A stretch of DNA of 64,000 nucleotides from Opitutales bacterium (GCA_049599475.1 JBMYOQ010000001.1:1-64000); one strand, 5' to 3'; counted from the stretch's first letter, positions 1 through 11,653 are shown. The notes: generated from the sequence alone by a model not told the origin. A program made the numbers and translations.

Positions 1-51
1 GGTGCACTTTGACCCGCAAACGAGTGGTGCACTTTAACCCGCAAAATGACA
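1..51. mobile_element. Terminal end of an IS21-family insertion sequence (element extends left of the window)
   Basis: Two near-identical 20-bp direct repeats GGTGCACTTT(G/A)ACCCGCAAA at 1-20 and 26-45, ending in ...ATGACA (reverse complement TGTCAT...). Tandem transposase-binding repeats with a TG..CA terminus are the IS21 hallmark. Confidence 0.75.
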
Positions 52-234
52 TCTAAATCTTTGGAATTGATGGTTTAGCAGATGCTTGCCTGGTTTACGC
101 AGCGGGTTCCGCCCAATTTCATCAAAATTGGAAAAACAGTGATTTTTTTCGGAAAACGTGAATGGGCGCAAAAGTCCCAGCCAATCTCTATAGGGAGATA
201 TCCTCAGGTAGTTGCGCTCAACGTTTAGAACGTC

Positions 235-744
235 TTAAGCTTCCAACTCGTCGTCTTTTTGCAGTAGGAAGATCAGGATAATTCCCATGATCCCGAACAT
301 GCGCCACGCCGCATCTTGTCCATTCCAGTGGGATGCCCACATGTAGAACCATTCGCCTCCGACGGTGATGAAGGCCAGATACCAGAGCATCATCCCGACC
401 CCCAGCGCGATCACCGCCACCGATTTTGCTCTCTGGAATACCGCAGATGAGGCCTTTAGGTTTTTAAAAAGAATACCAGCTCCGAGAAATGACAGGACCG
501 CGACGGCTAGTTCCCAAAGTATGATGCTCCAGTAGAAGATGGTGTGGATTGTTGGGCCGGTGATCGCTCGCCATTCCACGCGCTCACCGGTGCCCTCGAA
601 CTTCATAGAATCTATCGAGAGGACGTGCTGAACGAACGCTGCGTTGGACGGATGGTCATCGATCGCATTATTGAAAAATACGATCGCGAAAAAGAGTCCA
701 GTTACTTTGAGCAGTCCGATTTTTAGAAGGCGTGTAGCGAGCAT
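235..744 (-). CDS. DUF2165-family small integral membrane protein
   Basis: 169 aa, 4 hydrophobic helices, motifs FNN..D..SN..FV.HVLS.D, WRAIT, GGEWFYMW.S..WNGQ..A.R. Confidence 0.85.
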   Translation of the reverse strand: MLATRLLKIGLLKVTGLFFAIVFFNNAIDDHPSNAAFVQHVLSIDSMKFEGTGERVEWRAITGPTIHTIFYWSIILWELAVAVLSFLGAGILFKNLKASSAVFQRAKSVAVIALGVGMMLWYLAFITVGGEWFYMWASHWNGQDAAWRMFGIMGIILIFLLQKDDELEA

Positions 745-946
745 GTCGGCAGCATGAGCATTTTTTCCGCCAGGCGAAATACCTTAGTAAGCTTCCTACG
801 GTAAAGCCTGTATTTTGGGCCCTAACGCCAAAATTCGTATTCAGGATTCGAAGGATTCGTCCGAATTGCGTCGTTGATTTCTAATTTTGCTCACGGCGGG
901 AGACTGCCTGGGCGCCCGAATATTATTCCCCCCATTATTAGCTGTT

Positions 947-3613
947 ATGAAAACCCCAATTGCGCAATTGCGCTTACTATTCTTATTACTCGGAGCCCTC
1001 GCATTTAGCATGGGCCCCAGCCTCATGTACGCAGACTCGCTCGTCGGGAGTGCCGACACGGAGGAAGGATCTGATGACGAAGAAGAAGGTGATGAAGAGC
1101 ATGATGAAGAGGAGCACGACGGTGACGATGCCGATCTGAGCTCGCTTCAGGAACGTGCTTACGACGTCTACGGTGGGCGTGTCTCAGACATCGCAGTCGC
1201 TGAAATTGATGAAAACGTAACTCGAATCGCCGTTTCAACAGAAAGTGCAAATTCCGTTTTCGTGGCGGATCTTGATTACTCTGAAGAAGATCCCTTCGCT
1301 GACTTTTTCTTTCACGTGATCCCCTCCATGAGCAGTGTCGCGAATCTGGGCACTGTAAAGCCGATCGCGGTGCACGGAGCATCAGGCAAAGTCTTTGGTA
1401 TCAATAGCGGAAAACTCGTCGCAGCGTCTGAAGAGCACGAAGACGAGGAAGTCGAAATCGTAGCTGAAACTGCAAGCTTTTCGGCCATGAAGATTGTCGA
1501 CGATCGCATGGTGGGCCTCACCGGTAATGGCATCATGATCATCGACATCGACGATGAAGGTAATATGGACGGCGAAAATGTCGTGGAACTCACGCTGCCA
1601 TCGAGTGCTAACAATGGTCAGCTCGTTGTTGAGCAGGTCGAAGAGCGGATCGTTGTCATGTCCGTTGGCACCTCTGCACAACTTTTTATCACAGACGACG
1701 CACTGGCGGATGCTTCGAGTTCTACGAGCTTTGATGAAATTTCGCTTCCTAGCGCAATCACTACATGGACCTCCGGAGCGGAGGTTGTGACAGTTGCTCC
1801 CGACTCCAGGTTCATCATCGGCGGCAGCACCAGCACAGGCAAGGTCATCGCTTATTCTGATGACAATGGCTCAAACTGGACAGAGGTTGACACTGGAGTA
1901 GCAGGCATTGCGGGCCCGAACATCATCGCTGTGGGTGATGCCAACGATTACAGCGTTTTCTTCGGATCCGCGAAATCCAATGACCGGGGCTCCAATTGGT
2001 CCAACATTGCGAGCGGCAATACCAACCCGAATGATGGTCCGGTGGTCCAAGATCCTTTGAATACCAACATTTACTTCACTGACGATCAGGGCCTAGCAGG
2101 CTCTCCTGACCTCGGTAGCAGCTTAGAAGGTCTTTCAGACGGTCTTCTTGCGGTCCAGGTGAATGATTTCGACATGACCACCGCTCAAGATGTTGGGTGG
2201 ATGGCTGCAAAATCAGGCATTCGCAAAGTGAATGGATTCAAAACTGAAGAGCCCTCTTGGACTCAGCCTATGTATCCTAACAACGACGGCTCGCCGTATT
2301 ACTCGGTTGCCGTTGAGCGTAGTGACACGACAGGCTCCACTGCATACGCCGGGAACACACGTGTCTATAAGACTGCGAGTGGCGGAGAAGGTTGGGAAAA
2401 GATCTTTAATACCGACGATGATCCGATGGTCTCGGGCATCAACACCGGTGGCGGCTACTTCAGTGCGATCGAGGCCTACGATTCAGTGGTCTACGCGGGA
2501 TACTACACTACGCAGAATGTAGGCTCGGATGATGGCGATGCTCGCGGCTTCATCATTTACTCAGATGATGGCGGCGACAACTTCTCTATGGTCGCTACAG
2601 AGGTCCTTCTGAATGTCACTGACATGCTTCTGGACTACAACGAAGAGACTGAAGAGCACCGCATTTTTGTATCCTCTGAGGCGACGGATGGATCGGGCTA
2701 CGTTCTTATGATTGAGGACGGAGAAGTCGTCTCCACTTGGGATTTCGAAGCTGAGGACGTTAGCGATCTCGATTTCGATTTCCAATTGGGAATCCTCTAC
2801 GCCGTGGCCAACGATACGGAGAGCAATGGAGCTCCCACCCTTTACTACTATGACTCCGAAGACAGAACGGAATCGTTCGTAGCGAAGACTACCGATGGTT
2901 TGCCCTCGAGTGCGACTTCCCAGAATGGATCGCGCCAGTCACTTGTGAGTTTCGGTCGCCTCTACTATGAGGACGACGAAGACGATGAAGAAGAGCATAG
3001 TGACTCCGAAGAAGTATCGACTGAGGAAACTGAAGGCAGCGAAGAAGGAGACGAGAATTATGAATCCTTCCTGGTCGTTGCAGTCAGCGGCACAATTTAC
3101 GTCTACCTGGACGATGAAGAATACTGGGAGGCGGAATATAATTTCCCAGAAGGGACCGCGGTGAACGTCCTGTTCTTCGACGACCTTCTCGTCGGCACGG
3201 GCATCGGTCTATATGACCAACCTCTTGGCGAAGAGACCCGCGCTTACGACCTGTTCGGCGATGAAGAGACCGACAGTATCGACGAAGAGTGGATGTTCCA
3301 TGAAGACTTGGGTCCTGTCTATCTCGGGCGCTATCCATGGCTCTACCAGTCTGGAATGGGCTGGTTCTACGTGGAAGACGCAGGCGAGGGCGAAGATGAT
3401 GAAGGCACGGTCTTCTTCTACATGGAAAACCTCGATTCATGGGGCTACTTCGACAAGGAAGACTTCCCATATCTGTATCTCTTTACGGGCGAAAAGTTCG
3501 TCTACTTCGATCAGGACACCCTCAGTGGTCCTACTGGATGGGTGTATGATTTCGAAACGGATCAATGGCAGGATATCGGACCTCAGGAGCCGACCGAAAC
3601 GCCATCTGAGTAG
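947..3613 (+). CDS. Secreted, highly acidic BNR/Asp-box beta-propeller protein with aromatic C-terminal domain
   Basis: ATG at 947 gives a signal peptide (MKTPIAQLRLLFLLLGALAF). Asp-boxes YSDDNGSNW, SNDRGSNW, YSDDGGDNF; D/E-rich tracts; C-terminal W/Y-rich domain. Confidence 0.7.
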   Translation: MKTPIAQLRLLFLLLGALAFSMGPSLMYADSLVGSADTEEGSDDEEEGDEEHDEEEHDGDDADLSSLQERAYDVYGGRVSDIAVAEIDENVTRIAVSTESANSVFVADLDYSEEDPFADFFFHVIPSMSSVANLGTVKPIAVHGASGKVFGINSGKLVAASEEHEDEEVEIVAETASFSAMKIVDDRMVGLTGNGIMIIDIDDEGNMDGENVVELTLPSSANNGQLVVEQVEERIVVMSVGTSAQLFITDDALADASSSTSFDEISLPSAITTWTSGAEVVTVAPDSRFIIGGSTSTGKVIAYSDDNGSNWTEVDTGVAGIAGPNIIAVGDANDYSVFFGSAKSNDRGSNWSNIASGNTNPNDGPVVQDPLNTNIYFTDDQGLAGSPDLGSSLEGLSDGLLAVQVNDFDMTTAQDVGWMAAKSGIRKVNGFKTEEPSWTQPMYPNNDGSPYYSVAVERSDTTGSTAYAGNTRVYKTASGGEGWEKIFNTDDDPMVSGINTGGGYFSAIEAYDSVVYAGYYTTQNVGSDDGDARGFIIYSDDGGDNFSMVATEVLLNVTDMLLDYNEETEEHRIFVSSEATDGSGYVLMIEDGEVVSTWDFEAEDVSDLDFDFQLGILYAVANDTESNGAPTLYYYDSEDRTESFVAKTTDGLPSSATSQNGSRQSLVSFGRLYYEDDEDDEEEHSDSEEVSTEETEGSEEGDENYESFLVVAVSGTIYVYLDDEEYWEAEYNFPEGTAVNVLFFDDLLVGTGIGLYDQPLGEETRAYDLFGDEETDSIDEEWMFHEDLGPVYLGRYPWLYQSGMGWFYVEDAGEGEDDEGTVFFYMENLDSWGYFDKEDFPYLYLFTGEKFVYFDQDTLSGPTGWVYDFETDQWQDIGPQEPTETPSE

Positions 3614-3639
3614 TCTTCATTCATAGAAACTTACTTCAC

Positions 3640-3676
3640 AAAGCCTGCTTCCCACACTCGGGGAGCGGGCTTTTTT
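3640..3676 (+). terminator. Intrinsic terminator
   Basis: AAAGCCTGCTTCCC-loop-GGGAGCGGGCTTTTTT directly after the stop codon. Confidence 0.85.
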
Positions 3677-3767
3677 GTTGAATAAGCGGGGCGCAAGAGG
3701 AGTTGAGGGTTGCTTAGGGGCTCAATGAGCGTTTTCTTCCCGCATTTCACACAAACCTGTGTTGATC

Positions 3768-5273
3768 ATGAGTAAGCAAGCACCCAATACCGATAACAGC
3801 TCGGACCAGTTCGCGGTCCGCAACGAAAAGTTGGATAAGCTCCGTACTGACGGGCAGGATCCATTTCGCCAAAATTGGGAGCAGAAACATACCTCGAAAA
3901 CCGCGGTAGCTCTCTATGATGATTCTCTGGCTGAAGACCAAGAGCAGGCACGTGTGTCGGTAGCTGGACGTATCCTTACCTTCCGTATCATGGGTAAGGC
4001 GAGTTTCGTAAAGATCATGGATCGCGACGGCATTATCCAGCTTTACGTTACCCGCGATGCGCTTCCTGAAGGCGTGTATAATACCTATTTCAAGAAGCTG
4101 GATCTGGGCGATTTTATTGGTGTCGAGGGACCTCTCTTTAAGACTAAGACAGGGGAAGTCACAGTCCGCGTTCAGAGTTATGGCTTGGTTTCAAAATCCC
4201 TGCGCCCCTTGCCTGAAAAGTGGAGTGGCCTGACGAATAGCGATCAAATTTACCGCCAGCGCTACCTCGATCTTATCTCAAGCGAAGATTCTCGTAAGCG
4301 CTTCAAATTGCGCAGCGATATCATTCGCGCGATCCGTGAGTTTTTCTGGTCCCGTGACTATAAAGAAGTCGAGACACCAATGCTGCACTCGGTTGCGGGT
4401 GGGGCTGCAGCACGTCCTTTCGAAACACATTTCAATGCCCTAGACTGCGACTTCTTCATGCGTATTGCGCTTGAGCTGCACCTCAAGCGTATGCTTGTCG
4501 GTGGAGAAGACCGCGTGTTTGAGATCGGCCGTGTCTTCCGCAATGAAGGCCTGTCGCGCCGCCACAACCCAGAGTTCACGATGCTCGAGGCTTATGAAGC
4601 GTATTCGAGCTACGAGGGCATGATGGAATTGGTGCAAAGCTTGATCCAGACGGTTGCCCGCGACGTGGTCGGAAAGCTGGAAATTCCAGTATTTGGAAAG
4701 GACGATATGGCCATCAACCTGGGTGAACCTTTCCGCGTGGCAAAGTATAAGGACTTGGTCATTGAAGCGACGGGCGAGCCTGATTGGTTCAGCTTCGACA
4801 AAGCGAAGAAGCTCAGCATCACTGAGAAAATGGGCATCGAGGTGAATCCTGAGCTCGAGGACTACGAGGTGAGCAACGACGTCTTTGAAAAGCGCGTGGA
4901 GCCCAATCTGATTCAGCCGACATTTGTGACACACGTTCTCAAAGAGTTGGTGCCGCTGGCAAAAATCAGTGTCGAAGATCCAGACACGGTCGATGTCTTT
5001 GAACTCTGCATCAACGGACAAGAAATTGCGCCTGCATACAGCGAACAAAACGATCCGTTTGTGCAGCGCAAAATTCTAGAAGCGCAGGTAGGCGAAGAGA
5101 TCCAGAACCTGGATGAAGACTTCTTGACGGCTCTCGAGCACGGTATGCCTCCCGCAGGGGGAATGGGTATGGGAATCGACCGCCTGGTCATCATGCTCAC
5201 CAGTGCCGCCAATATTCGGGATACGATTTTGTTCCCGACCCTGAAGCCTGTTGTAGCCAAGCCACAAGAGTAA
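3768..5273 (+). CDS. lysS: Lysine--tRNA ligase (class II)
   Basis: YRQRYLDL, GGAAARPF, FRNEG..RHNPEFTMLE, GMGIDRL motifs. Confidence 0.98.
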   Translation: MSKQAPNTDNSSDQFAVRNEKLDKLRTDGQDPFRQNWEQKHTSKTAVALYDDSLAEDQEQARVSVAGRILTFRIMGKASFVKIMDRDGIIQLYVTRDALPEGVYNTYFKKLDLGDFIGVEGPLFKTKTGEVTVRVQSYGLVSKSLRPLPEKWSGLTNSDQIYRQRYLDLISSEDSRKRFKLRSDIIRAIREFFWSRDYKEVETPMLHSVAGGAAARPFETHFNALDCDFFMRIALELHLKRMLVGGEDRVFEIGRVFRNEGLSRRHNPEFTMLEAYEAYSSYEGMMELVQSLIQTVARDVVGKLEIPVFGKDDMAINLGEPFRVAKYKDLVIEATGEPDWFSFDKAKKLSITEKMGIEVNPELEDYEVSNDVFEKRVEPNLIQPTFVTHVLKELVPLAKISVEDPDTVDVFELCINGQEIAPAYSEQNDPFVQRKILEAQVGEEIQNLDEDFLTALEHGMPPAGGMGMGIDRLVIMLTSAANIRDTILFPTLKPVVAKPQE

Positions 5274-5292
5274 GCATCTACCAAAGCTCGGT

Positions 5293-5805
5293 GTGAAAAT
5301 TGAAACAGCACATCAAGCTTGGGCGGAATTCATTGCGTCGCACCCAGAACACGCGCTCCGCGTGCGGAGCGCAGGAGCCGGTGATGATCTTTCACTCTTC
5401 GCAGAGTATCTCGCAGGTGCCTATCTCTTGAGTGACGGGCACTCTTTGCTCAAAGCGGAATTTTTCCGAGATCGTGTATTGTCGCCCCGACGCCGAGATC
5501 GCGCCAAAACCTGCGATTTTGAGACGGCGGCAGCCCCAGGGCAGGCGAGCCTCTTCGTCGAGGTCAAACACACCTCTGAAGATTTGTCGACGGGATCGGA
5601 CTTTTCCAGTTTTCTGAAGAGCGCCTACCTGAAGGGGGCTCGGTGCTTGGTCGTCGTTTCGTTTCCCGAAAATGCTCGGGGGTTGAGTCAGATTGCCATC
5701 GAAGAAATCGAGGGCGCAGGCTGGAGCGCATGGCTCTCATCGAAACAGATACTCAAATTTAGGCGCAATGGGCTTGTGAGGCTGGTGGTGCTGACTATTT
5801 CCTGA
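5293..5805 (+). CDS. Hypothetical protein with a PD-(D/E)XK-like motif
   Basis: 170 aa ORF filling the lysS-coaE gap (19 and 8 bp spacing); CDFE...LFVEVK. Confidence 0.55.
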   Translation: MKIETAHQAWAEFIASHPEHALRVRSAGAGDDLSLFAEYLAGAYLLSDGHSLLKAEFFRDRVLSPRRRDRAKTCDFETAAAPGQASLFVEVKHTSEDLSTGSDFSSFLKSAYLKGARCLVVVSFPENARGLSQIAIEEIEGAGWSAWLSSKQILKFRRNGLVRLVVLTIS

Positions 5806-5813
5806 GGAAGACA

Positions 5814-6425
5814 ATGGCATCACAGACGGCATCCGAAGATATTCCGACCCACTGGGCGCTTACCGGCAGCATGGGTGCGGGGAAATCCACGGTCTTGCAA
5901 ATGTTCAGTGATGCGGGGTGGCTAACGCTCGATTCGGATCAAATTGTGCGTGGCCTGTTGACTGAAGATCCTGAAATTCTCCAAAAAATTTCCGAGCGTT
6001 GGGGCCCTGGGGTCTTGTCAGAGGACGGCTCGGCGAATCGGCCGGAAATCGGAAAGATCGTCTTCAAAGACCCAAATGAGCTTCGATGGCTTGAGGATCA
6101 ACTGCACCCAAGGGTGCGCCAGCGATGGATGGACTTTTTGCAGACTGCTGGGACAGTGCCTGTAATTGTCGAAATCCCCCTTCTGTTTGAGAAAAATTTA
6201 GAGCCTCACTTTTCTCAGACAGTGTGTCTTTCGATCAGTCCTGATCTCCAGCTCGAAAGGTTGGCGAAGCGTGGTATGGCCTCCGATACGGCGCGGGATC
6301 GTTTGGCTCGGCAGCTGCCTACTTCGGAGAAAGTGAAGCGTGCGGACAAGGTGATTTGTAACGATGGATCTCTTGCATTTTTACGGGCACAAGTGGAGGC
6401 TCTGTTGAGGCCATTTTCCAACTAG
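5814..6425 (+). CDS. coaE: Dephospho-CoA kinase
   Basis: LTGSMGAGKST P-loop, LHPRV, EIPLLFE, ADKVICNDG. Confidence 0.96.
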   Translation: MASQTASEDIPTHWALTGSMGAGKSTVLQMFSDAGWLTLDSDQIVRGLLTEDPEILQKISERWGPGVLSEDGSANRPEIGKIVFKDPNELRWLEDQLHPRVRQRWMDFLQTAGTVPVIVEIPLLFEKNLEPHFSQTVCLSISPDLQLERLAKRGMASDTARDRLARQLPTSEKVKRADKVICNDGSLAFLRAQVEALLRPFSN

Positions 6426-6753
6426 ATGCTCACTGTTCGCCGTGAGCTGGTGTCTACAGGGGAGGACCGGGTGTGCCTGTGCACGGAGAATACACATTTG
6501 CACATCATTCACATTATTTGCCTTAAAAGGCTTGTAATTGTGAAACGACTCTCTCTTGTTGGGAGCCAGAAGTGCATCGGCTCCCATCTTAAATAGGACG
6601 GCTTCCGGTGGTTTGATGAAGATCTCTAGGTTTATGCTTCATCAACTTTGCGCGTTTCACACTGCACGACTCGCTACACTTGAACTCCTCCCGAGCATAG
6701 GCGCCGTCTGTAGAACTTCCCCTATTTCCTTTTTGAACGAACTGCATTAAACT

Positions 6754-8769
6754 ATGGCTTCTGAAGATTTGCCAAACGAGTCTGAATCGACTGAAAACCC
6801 TCCTCCTGCCAAAAAGGCTGCTGCGAAGAAAAAGCGTGCGCCTCGCAAAAAAGCTGCAGCTAAAAAGAAGGTAGCTAGGAAGAAAACCGTAGATCAGGGT
6901 GAGCTCTTTGATACGCCTGAAGCTCCTGCCGAGGCGAAACCTGCAAAAGCTGCGAAACCTGCAAAGAGTGAAAAGGCTGAAAAGTCACCGTTGCTTTACT
7001 CGAGTGACGATGATTCGGGCGATTCTTACGACGATAAAGGGAGTGCCGCTTCAGACGAAGGGGATGCAGCGTCTTCGGAATACCCGGATGCGAAAAAGTC
7101 GAAGGTTATGAAATTTGCGAGCATCGCTGCGCGTCCAGAATTTCGCAGTGAGGACGAAGAAGCCCCTTCTGAAGGATCGGATTCGAATGACGGGGCTCCA
7201 CCTAAAAAGGGAGGTGCTCATCATCGGGGCCATCGCAATGATGGAAACCACGGGGGTGGGAAACCGCCTTTCAAGCGCGGCAAAAAGGAAAAATTCCAAC
7301 CGAAGAAAAAAGAGAAATTCCAAAAGTTCTCGAAAACACAGCGCAAACAGCGCCAGCGTCGCCGCCAGTTTGAAGAAGAGGTCGGTCTAGAATTCGGCAA
7401 TCTTCAGTTTGATGAAGGGCTGCAGGACGCAGAGTCGCTGGAAACTCTATTTTCGGAAGTCGCGAATTTGGAGGAGCTGGAACTCGATTTCAACCGCCTC
7501 TACCGCATGCAGCTTAATGATCTGCGTGCTCGGGCTGACCGCCTCGAAATCGATTTCGAGACCGCGCCATCGCGCATTCTGCTCGTTCAAGAGATCTTGC
7601 GTAGTGCTGCATCTGAGAAGCAGCCATTGCGGGTTGTGGGTGTTTTCGATCCGATTCCCGATGCTGAGGATGATTCGGGAATGCTCGTCTACGAGATCGA
7701 TAATTATCGCCAAAAAGCTCTTTCATCCTTTGTCCCAGGTTGTTTCGTAAAGAAATATGGACTGCAGCCTGGGCACATCGTGGATACATACGTGCATGCT
7801 CCGCGCGAAGATGAGAGCTGTCCTTTTGTCCTCAAGGTAAATACCGTGATGGGCCGCGATCCTGAGGAAGTTCAAAGCATCACTCCGTTCACGGAGCTCG
7901 TTCCGTACTACCCGACTGAGCGTATTCTTTTGGAGACGCCGAAGGAAGCGGGCATCAAAATCACCTGGGACGACGTATCTATGCGGGTAGTGGACTGTGT
8001 GTCTCCTGTTGGTTTTGGTCAGCGCGGTTTGATCGTGGCTCCGCCTCGAGCCGGTAAAACGGTACTCATGCAATCGATCGCTCATTCGATTCAAACCAAT
8101 TTCCCGAATGCACATATGATGATTCTATTGGTCGACGAGCGTCCTGAAGAAGTGACGGACTTCCGTCGCCAGGTGCACGAGGATGTGGAAGTCATCGCCT
8201 CGACTTTTGACGAAAATGCCGAAAGCCACGTACACGCCGCGGAAGTGGTCATTGAAAAGGCCAGGCGCATGGTCGAGGTAGGGAAGGATGTCGTAATTTT
8301 ATTAGATTCGATTACCCGTCTTGCTAGAGCTTACAACACGACGATGCCCAACAGCGGTAAGATCCTGTCGGGTGGTGTAGAGGCGAATGCTTTACAAAAG
8401 CCGAAGCGCTTCTTCGGCTCAGCGCGTAATATCGAAGGGGGCGGATCGCTGACTATTCTCGGGACGGCCCTCGTTGAGACTGGTAGTAAGATGGACGAAG
8501 TGATCTTCGAAGAGTTCAAGGGCACTGGTAACATGGAGCTCGTTCTCGATCGTGAACTCGTCAATAAACGCGTCTTCCCGGCATTGAGCTTCGAAAAAAG
8601 TGGAACGCGGAAAGAAGAATTGCTTTACCACCCTGAAGAGATGAGCAAAATTTACTCATTGCGCCGCGCCATGAAAGGCGTACCGTCAGTCGAAGCTATG
8701 GAAATGCTGATACAGAGAATTAAGAAAACCCGCTCTAATGCCGAATTCCTTTTGACTCTGAATCGCTAA
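6754..8769 (+). CDS. rho: Transcription termination factor Rho with long N-terminal low-complexity extension
   Basis: [56 protein letters not shown]. Confidence 0.98.
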   Translation: MASEDLPNESESTENPPPAKKAAAKKKRAPRKKAAAKKKVARKKTVDQGELFDTPEAPAEAKPAKAAKPAKSEKAEKSPLLYSSDDDSGDSYDDKGSAASDEGDAASSEYPDAKKSKVMKFASIAARPEFRSEDEEAPSEGSDSNDGAPPKKGGAHHRGHRNDGNHGGGKPPFKRGKKEKFQPKKKEKFQKFSKTQRKQRQRRRQFEEEVGLEFGNLQFDEGLQDAESLETLFSEVANLEELELDFNRLYRMQLNDLRARADRLEIDFETAPSRILLVQEILRSAASEKQPLRVVGVFDPIPDAEDDSGMLVYEIDNYRQKALSSFVPGCFVKKYGLQPGHIVDTYVHAPREDESCPFVLKVNTVMGRDPEEVQSITPFTELVPYYPTERILLETPKEAGIKITWDDVSMRVVDCVSPVGFGQRGLIVAPPRAGKTVLMQSIAHSIQTNFPNAHMMILLVDERPEEVTDFRRQVHEDVEVIASTFDENAESHVHAAEVVIEKARRMVEVGKDVVILLDSITRLARAYNTTMPNSGKILSGGVEANALQKPKRFFGSARNIEGGGSLTILGTALVETGSKMDEVIFEEFKGTGNMELVLDRELVNKRVFPALSFEKSGTRKEELLYHPEEMSKIYSLRRAMKGVPSVEAMEMLIQRIKKTRSNAEFLLTLNR

Positions 8770-8809
8770 TACCTCCCGATACCAATCAACATTTACTACC
8801 CCTGTTACC

Positions 8810-10537
8810 GTGACATCTGCTGATGAATTCGTCATCCAACTGATCATCGACCGCGAACTCGTATCCGAGGACACGATCGACAATGTCCGCTCTCAAGCAG
8901 CTGATTTGAGGCCGGATGACGATCCTGACACTGCAACTCTGGAAATGCTCATTTCCGAGGAACATTTGACGCACGGGGCGCTCACCTCTGCGCTCGCTAA
9001 CGAGTTTAGCATGGAAATGGTCGAGCTGGACGATGTCCGCTTGTCTCCAGAGTGCGAAGAGTTGGTGAATGCCGATATGGCGCAAAAGTATCATGTGTTT
9101 CCACTCGAAGTGGATGATACCAGTATTCAGATCGCGGTCGCCGACCCTCTGGATGTAGACACGATCGACAATCTGGGGCATATATTAGGTAAATCCGTAG
9201 ATGCGCGCCTCGCTACCTATACAGGCATCGAAGAAGCCATCAAGGAGCACTATAAGGTCAAAGAATCTTCTGCTGAAATGTCTGAGTTGTTCTCTGGCAT
9301 GGATGAAGGGGGCGATGATACAAGTGCCACCGAGGCCTTGACTAAGGCTGTCGCCGCGGATGATTCCGAAGGTCCCATTGTCCGCTTCGTCGAGATGCTT
9401 ATTTCGGAGGCTTTGCGTCGCCGCAGTTCGGACATTCATTTGGAGCCACTGGAGAAACGCTTCCGAGTCCGTTACCGGATCGATGGCGTCTTGCAGGAAA
9501 TCGAGAATCCACCCAAGCGCCTCCAGCCCGCCATTATTTCCAGACTTAAGCTGATGGCGAAGGTATCCCTTGCGGAGAAACGTATCCCGCAGGATGGTCG
9601 TATTTCTGTAACGTCGAATGGCAAAGAAATCGACTTACGTGTCAGTGTTCTCCCGACAGCTTTTGGTGAGAGTATTGTAATGCGTATTCTCGATAAGGAA
9701 GGTTTGAAGCTGGGTCTGCCTCAGCTTGGATTTTTCTCGGACGACCAAGCAATGTTTGAGCGCATCATCGGCATGCCGGACGGTATTTTCTTGGTAACAG
9801 GTCCTACCGGTTCGGGTAAGTCGACTACGCTTTACTCCGCTCTGAACGTAATTAACCATCCAGACCGAAAAATCATCACCGTTGAAGATCCCGTGGAATA
9901 TGAACTTGGAGGTATTAACCAAGTACAGGTCCGTAAGGACATCGGGATGACTTTCTCCGCCGCACTGAAGGCAATGCTCCGTCAAGCGCCCAACATTATC
10001 ATGGTGGGGGAAATTCGGGATAAAGAGACGGCCGAGATCGCGGTAAACGCGAGTCTGACGGGTCACATGGTTTTCAGTACGCTGCACACCAACGATGCTC
10101 CGAGCGCGGTAAGTCGTCTCGTGGATATCGGTGTAAAGCCATTCTTGGTGGCCGCCTCACTGAGAGCCGTCCTGGCTCAGCGCCTCGTTCGCCAGATTGA
10201 TCCAAACCACCGCCAGCCTTACACCCCTACGGATGCCGAACTGGCTATGATCGGCCTGCGCTCCGACCAACTCTCCGACGACGCTAATTTCATGCAGGGA
10301 GTGCCTCACCCAGCTAATGGCGGCACCGGTTTTAAAGGGCGAAAAGGGCTCTTTGAAATGTTCATGGTGAATGAAGAGATGCAGCAAATGGTTTACGAAA
10401 ATCGCACCCTGGTCGATCTGCGTCATAAAGCTCGAGAGCTGGGTATGCGGACTCTGCGAGAAGACGGTGTTCGCAAGGTCGTCGCAGGCATTACATCGAT
10501 TTCTGAAGTACTTCACGTCACTGTTGCCGATTCTTAA
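8810..10537 (+). CDS. pilB: PilB/GspE-family assembly ATPase (paralog 1, no tetracysteine motif)
   Basis: [48 protein letters not shown]. Confidence 0.9.
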   Translation: MTSADEFVIQLIIDRELVSEDTIDNVRSQAADLRPDDDPDTATLEMLISEEHLTHGALTSALANEFSMEMVELDDVRLSPECEELVNADMAQKYHVFPLEVDDTSIQIAVADPLDVDTIDNLGHILGKSVDARLATYTGIEEAIKEHYKVKESSAEMSELFSGMDEGGDDTSATEALTKAVAADDSEGPIVRFVEMLISEALRRRSSDIHLEPLEKRFRVRYRIDGVLQEIENPPKRLQPAIISRLKLMAKVSLAEKRIPQDGRISVTSNGKEIDLRVSVLPTAFGESIVMRILDKEGLKLGLPQLGFFSDDQAMFERIIGMPDGIFLVTGPTGSGKSTTLYSALNVINHPDRKIITVEDPVEYELGGINQVQVRKDIGMTFSAALKAMLRQAPNIIMVGEIRDKETAEIAVNASLTGHMVFSTLHTNDAPSAVSRLVDIGVKPFLVAASLRAVLAQRLVRQIDPNHRQPYTPTDAELAMIGLRSDQLSDDANFMQGVPHPANGGTGFKGRKGLFEMFMVNEEMQQMVYENRTLVDLRHKARELGMRTLREDGVRKVVAGITSISEVLHVTVADS

Positions 10538-10579
10538 GTTTAGCCCACAACCCTAGAAATATCTCAAACTACCCCAAAT

Positions 10580-11653
10580 ATGTCTTATGAGATGAATGAC
10601 CTCCTTACCTTGATGGTAGATCAAGGTGCTTCCGATCTGCACCTGCAGGTAGGGCAAGCCCCGACTCTGAGGTTGGGCGGAGGGATGGTCCCCGTAGACG
10701 GACCTGATTTGACACCGCAAGACACCGAAAGCCTGATGAAGGCGATCGCGTCTGACGGTCACCAGCAGAAAGCGAAGACTGCAGGTAGCGCGGATTTCGG
10801 TTTTGCGTTTATGGATAAAGCGCGTTTCCGGGTAAGTGTCCTGAAAGCTAAGGGCAATTACGGCATGGTCCTGCGCCAAATTCCCAATACACTTTTCAAA
10901 ATTCGCGAGCTGGGTCTACCGGACAAAATTTTGGATTTACTGAAACGTCCGCGAGGATTGATCCTTGTTACCGGGCCGACGGGTTCGGGTAAATCAACCA
11001 CGCTCGCTTCGATGATCAATTGGATCAACGAGAACACGGATGGGCATATTATTACAATTGAGGATCCGATTGAGTATTACCATGAACACAAGCAATCGCT
11101 GGTGACCCAGCGCGAGGTAGGTATTGATGTTACCTCGTTCTCGGATGCTATTCGTGGCGCCTTGCGTCAAGATCCCGATGTGATTCTGGTGGGTGAAATG
11201 CGGGATTTGGAGACTATTGAAGCTGCAGTGAGTGCGGCGGAGACAGGTCACCTCGTATTTGGAACCTTGCACACTACCGGTGCTGCGCGCACGGTTGATA
11301 GAATCGTGGACGCATTTCCATCGTCCACGAAGGACCAGATCCGGACGCAGCTGGCGTCCTCTGTGGTTGCCGTAATTTCGCAGGTGTTATGCCGAAAGGT
11401 AGGAGGCGGGCGCATCGCGGCGTATGAGATCATGATCACCAATACGTCTATCGCTCAGCTAATTCGTGAAAATAAGACTTACCGTATTAATTCTGACATT
11501 CAAACTGGTGGTAACCAAGGTATGATCATGCTCGATACATATTTAATGAGTTTGTACAACCGGGGTTTGATCACTGCAGATACTGCCCTTTCTAAAGCTC
11601 AAGAATCCGAAAGTATGCGAGCTAAGCTCCAAGAATCCGGTGCAGACGTTTAA
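10580..11653 (+). CDS. pilT: Type IV pilus retraction ATPase
   Basis: [59 protein letters not shown]. Confidence 0.95.
   Translation: MSYEMNDLLTLMVDQGASDLHLQVGQAPTLRLGGGMVPVDGPDLTPQDTESLMKAIASDGHQQKAKTAGSADFGFAFMDKARFRVSVLKAKGNYGMVLRQIPNTLFKIRELGLPDKILDLLKRPRGLILVTGPTGSGKSTTLASMINWINENTDGHIITIEDPIEYYHEHKQSLVTQREVGIDVTSFSDAIRGALRQDPDVILVGEMRDLETIEAAVSAAETGHLVFGTLHTTGAARTVDRIVDAFPSSTKDQIRTQLASSVVAVISQVLCRKVGGGRIAAYEIMITNTSIAQLIRENKTYRINSDIQTGGNQGMIMLDTYLMSLYNRGLITADTALSKAQESESMRAKLQESGADV

Noticed and set aside
1..45. CRISPR repeat
   Set aside because: Only two 20-bp copies with a 5-bp spacer, no cas genes; fits an IS21 end.
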